DNA from: an uncultured Clostridium sp.
GTDB taxonomy: Bacteria > Bacillota > Clostridia > TANB77 > CAG-508
Reading direction: 5' to 3'
DNA: 63,943 nucleotides
Assembly (NCBI GenBank): GCA_945877035.1
Contig: CAMCQH010000006.1
Location: 1 to 63,943 of the forward strand
Part shown: positions 62,501-63,943 of the stretch, in pieces
How positions within the stretch are numbered: the first letter of the stretch is position 1
How the letters are laid out: every line of letters begins with the position of its first letter
The notes under the pieces: model-generated
The model's input: the letters and a program-made list of their open reading frames with translations, nothing else
What the model was told of the DNA's origin: nothing
Databases searched by the model: none
Position numbers and translations under genes: made by a program

Positions 62501-63385
62501 ATGAAAAAACAAAAAGGTATAACACTTGTAGCACTTATTATTAGTATTATTATTTTATTGATATTGGCGGGAATATCGATACAAGCACTAACAAACCAAG
62601 GATTATTCGCACAAGCAGAGGAAGCAAAGAAAAGGACAGAAAATGCACAAAAATATGAAGATGAAATGCTGAAAAATTATTTAGAACAAATGAATGATAT
62701 AATAGATGAAAAAAAGAATACATATACAATCATATATAATTTAAATGAAGGAGAAGGAACTATCGAAAATCAGACAAAAATAGAAGGAGAAAATATAAAT
62801 TTAACAACATTAGTTCCTACAAGAGAAAATTATACATTTTTAGGTTGGAGTACAAATAAAGAGGCAACAGAACCGGAATATTTAACAGGTGCAATATATA
62901 ATAAAGATGAAAACATAGAATTATTTGCTATATGGGAAAAAACAAAAATATATTTGTATAATAAAGGAAATGAATGTGAAGAAATTACTGGCGGATGGGA
63001 TATAGTAAGTTATCAAAAAAATATTGGATGGACTTATGAAAATTGTAAAAAAAATACTAATAATTTGTTTGCCTCTACTACAAGGGCAGGATATTCATCA
63101 GGTTTTATAACAATTAATTCTATTGATTTAACTGATATTAAAAAGATATACATGTACGTAGATTCAATTACAGTAAGTTCCGGCGCTCCACGATTTAATA
63201 TAACGGATGATAGTTCAGTGCCAGCAAGAAGAGAGATAGTGTCTAATGAGTCATTAGAATGTGGAATTAATGAACTTGATGTAAGTTTATTGAATGGAAA
63301 ATATTATGTAGCTTTTGGAACATGGCGAGCGGTGGATATGACATCCAATGATATTACAGTTGAACAAATATGGTTAGAAAAATAA
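62501..63385 (+). CDS. Prepilin-like adhesin with InlB B-repeat (cassette 4)
   Basis: KG-ITLVALIISIII; YTIIYNLNEG...PTRENYTFLGWST...LFAIWE; ends ITVEQIWLEK. Confidence 0.8.
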   Translation: MKKQKGITLVALIISIIILLILAGISIQALTNQGLFAQAEEAKKRTENAQKYEDEMLKNYLEQMNDIIDEKKNTYTIIYNLNEGEGTIENQTKIEGENINLTTLVPTRENYTFLGWSTNKEATEPEYLTGAIYNKDENIELFAIWEKTKIYLYNKGNECEEITGGWDIVSYQKNIGWTYENCKKNTNNLFASTTRAGYSSGFITINSIDLTDIKKIYMYVDSITVSSGAPRFNITDDSSVPARREIVSNESLECGINELDVSLLNGKYYVAFGTWRAVDMTSNDITVEQIWLEK

Positions 63386-63782
63386 AACTACAATAAGTAT
63401 TAAAAATAAAAAAGCACTTTTGTCAAAAAAAGGGAATTTTGCGATGAAATCTACATAAAATTATCAAAAAAATATTTACAATAGCCACTAAATGTGATAT
63501 AAATAGGATATTCTATTTAGTCCATATAGTGGCTTAAAATTTTAAAATCATAAATTTTAATTTAAATCAAAAATTTTATTATTTCAAAATCTGAAATCAA
63601 TTAAATTAAAATCAAAACAAAACCCAAAAATTAAAAAATAATCAACGAAGGGAGGTACAGTCTATTTAGTATGCAAAAGAAAAAATATGCACATATTAAC
63701 TGAATAGAAAATATTTATTTAAAAGTTATAACAAATGCTTGAATTTTATAAAAGTAATTGTTATAATAAAGGAGGAAACAAT

Positions 63783-63896
63783 ATGACACAAAAAGTACCA
63801 AATACAAAAATTAAGAAAAAACTAAATCTAAAAAATGATATAATATTTAAAGCATTTTTTAGCAGAAAAGGAAATGAAAAATATTTAATTGAATAA
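63783..63896 (+). pseudogene. Truncated N-terminus of an Rpn family protein
   Basis: GGAGG RBS; LNLKNDIIFKAFFSRKGNEKYLIE then stop. Confidence 0.55.
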
Positions 63897-63943
63897 TCAT
63901 AGAGATTATCAAGTAAATAGTATAATGAAAGAATACTATATAC

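Overview
Very AT-rich Firmicutes/Clostridia-type chromosomal window. It carries housekeeping genes (aspS, dapF, ruvA, rarA, comM-dprA-yraN, rsmA, adhE, dnaG, rpoD, two-component genes, a PASTA-PBP) and no rRNA, tRNA or CRISPR array that I can see. Main observations: (1) Three unrelated genes (a TauE/TSUP exporter, a large serine recombinase and an M15/PG-binding hydrolase) are broken by the same lesion, an in-frame CGG where a Gly codon is expected, repaired by skipping one C. This is a candidate clade-specific +1 recoding or quadruplet-decoding system. (2) Four dispersed cassettes each pair a divergent XRE repressor with a prepilin-like adhesin lacking Glu+5. Three share one 51-bp control-region geometry but have different palindromic operators. 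The adhesins combine two N-terminal and two C-terminal types in all four ways, and one carries a DGR-like variable region. (3) An ~11.7-kb serine-recombinase/MobV element interrupts a giant GH94/NdvB-like gene at the GGQYTH-A motif between 14-bp direct repeats, so excision would restore the gene. (4) Several small palindromic or heptamer repeat families are present, two copies of which sit in frame inside the GH94 gene. All family calls are by motif recognition only; no searches were run.
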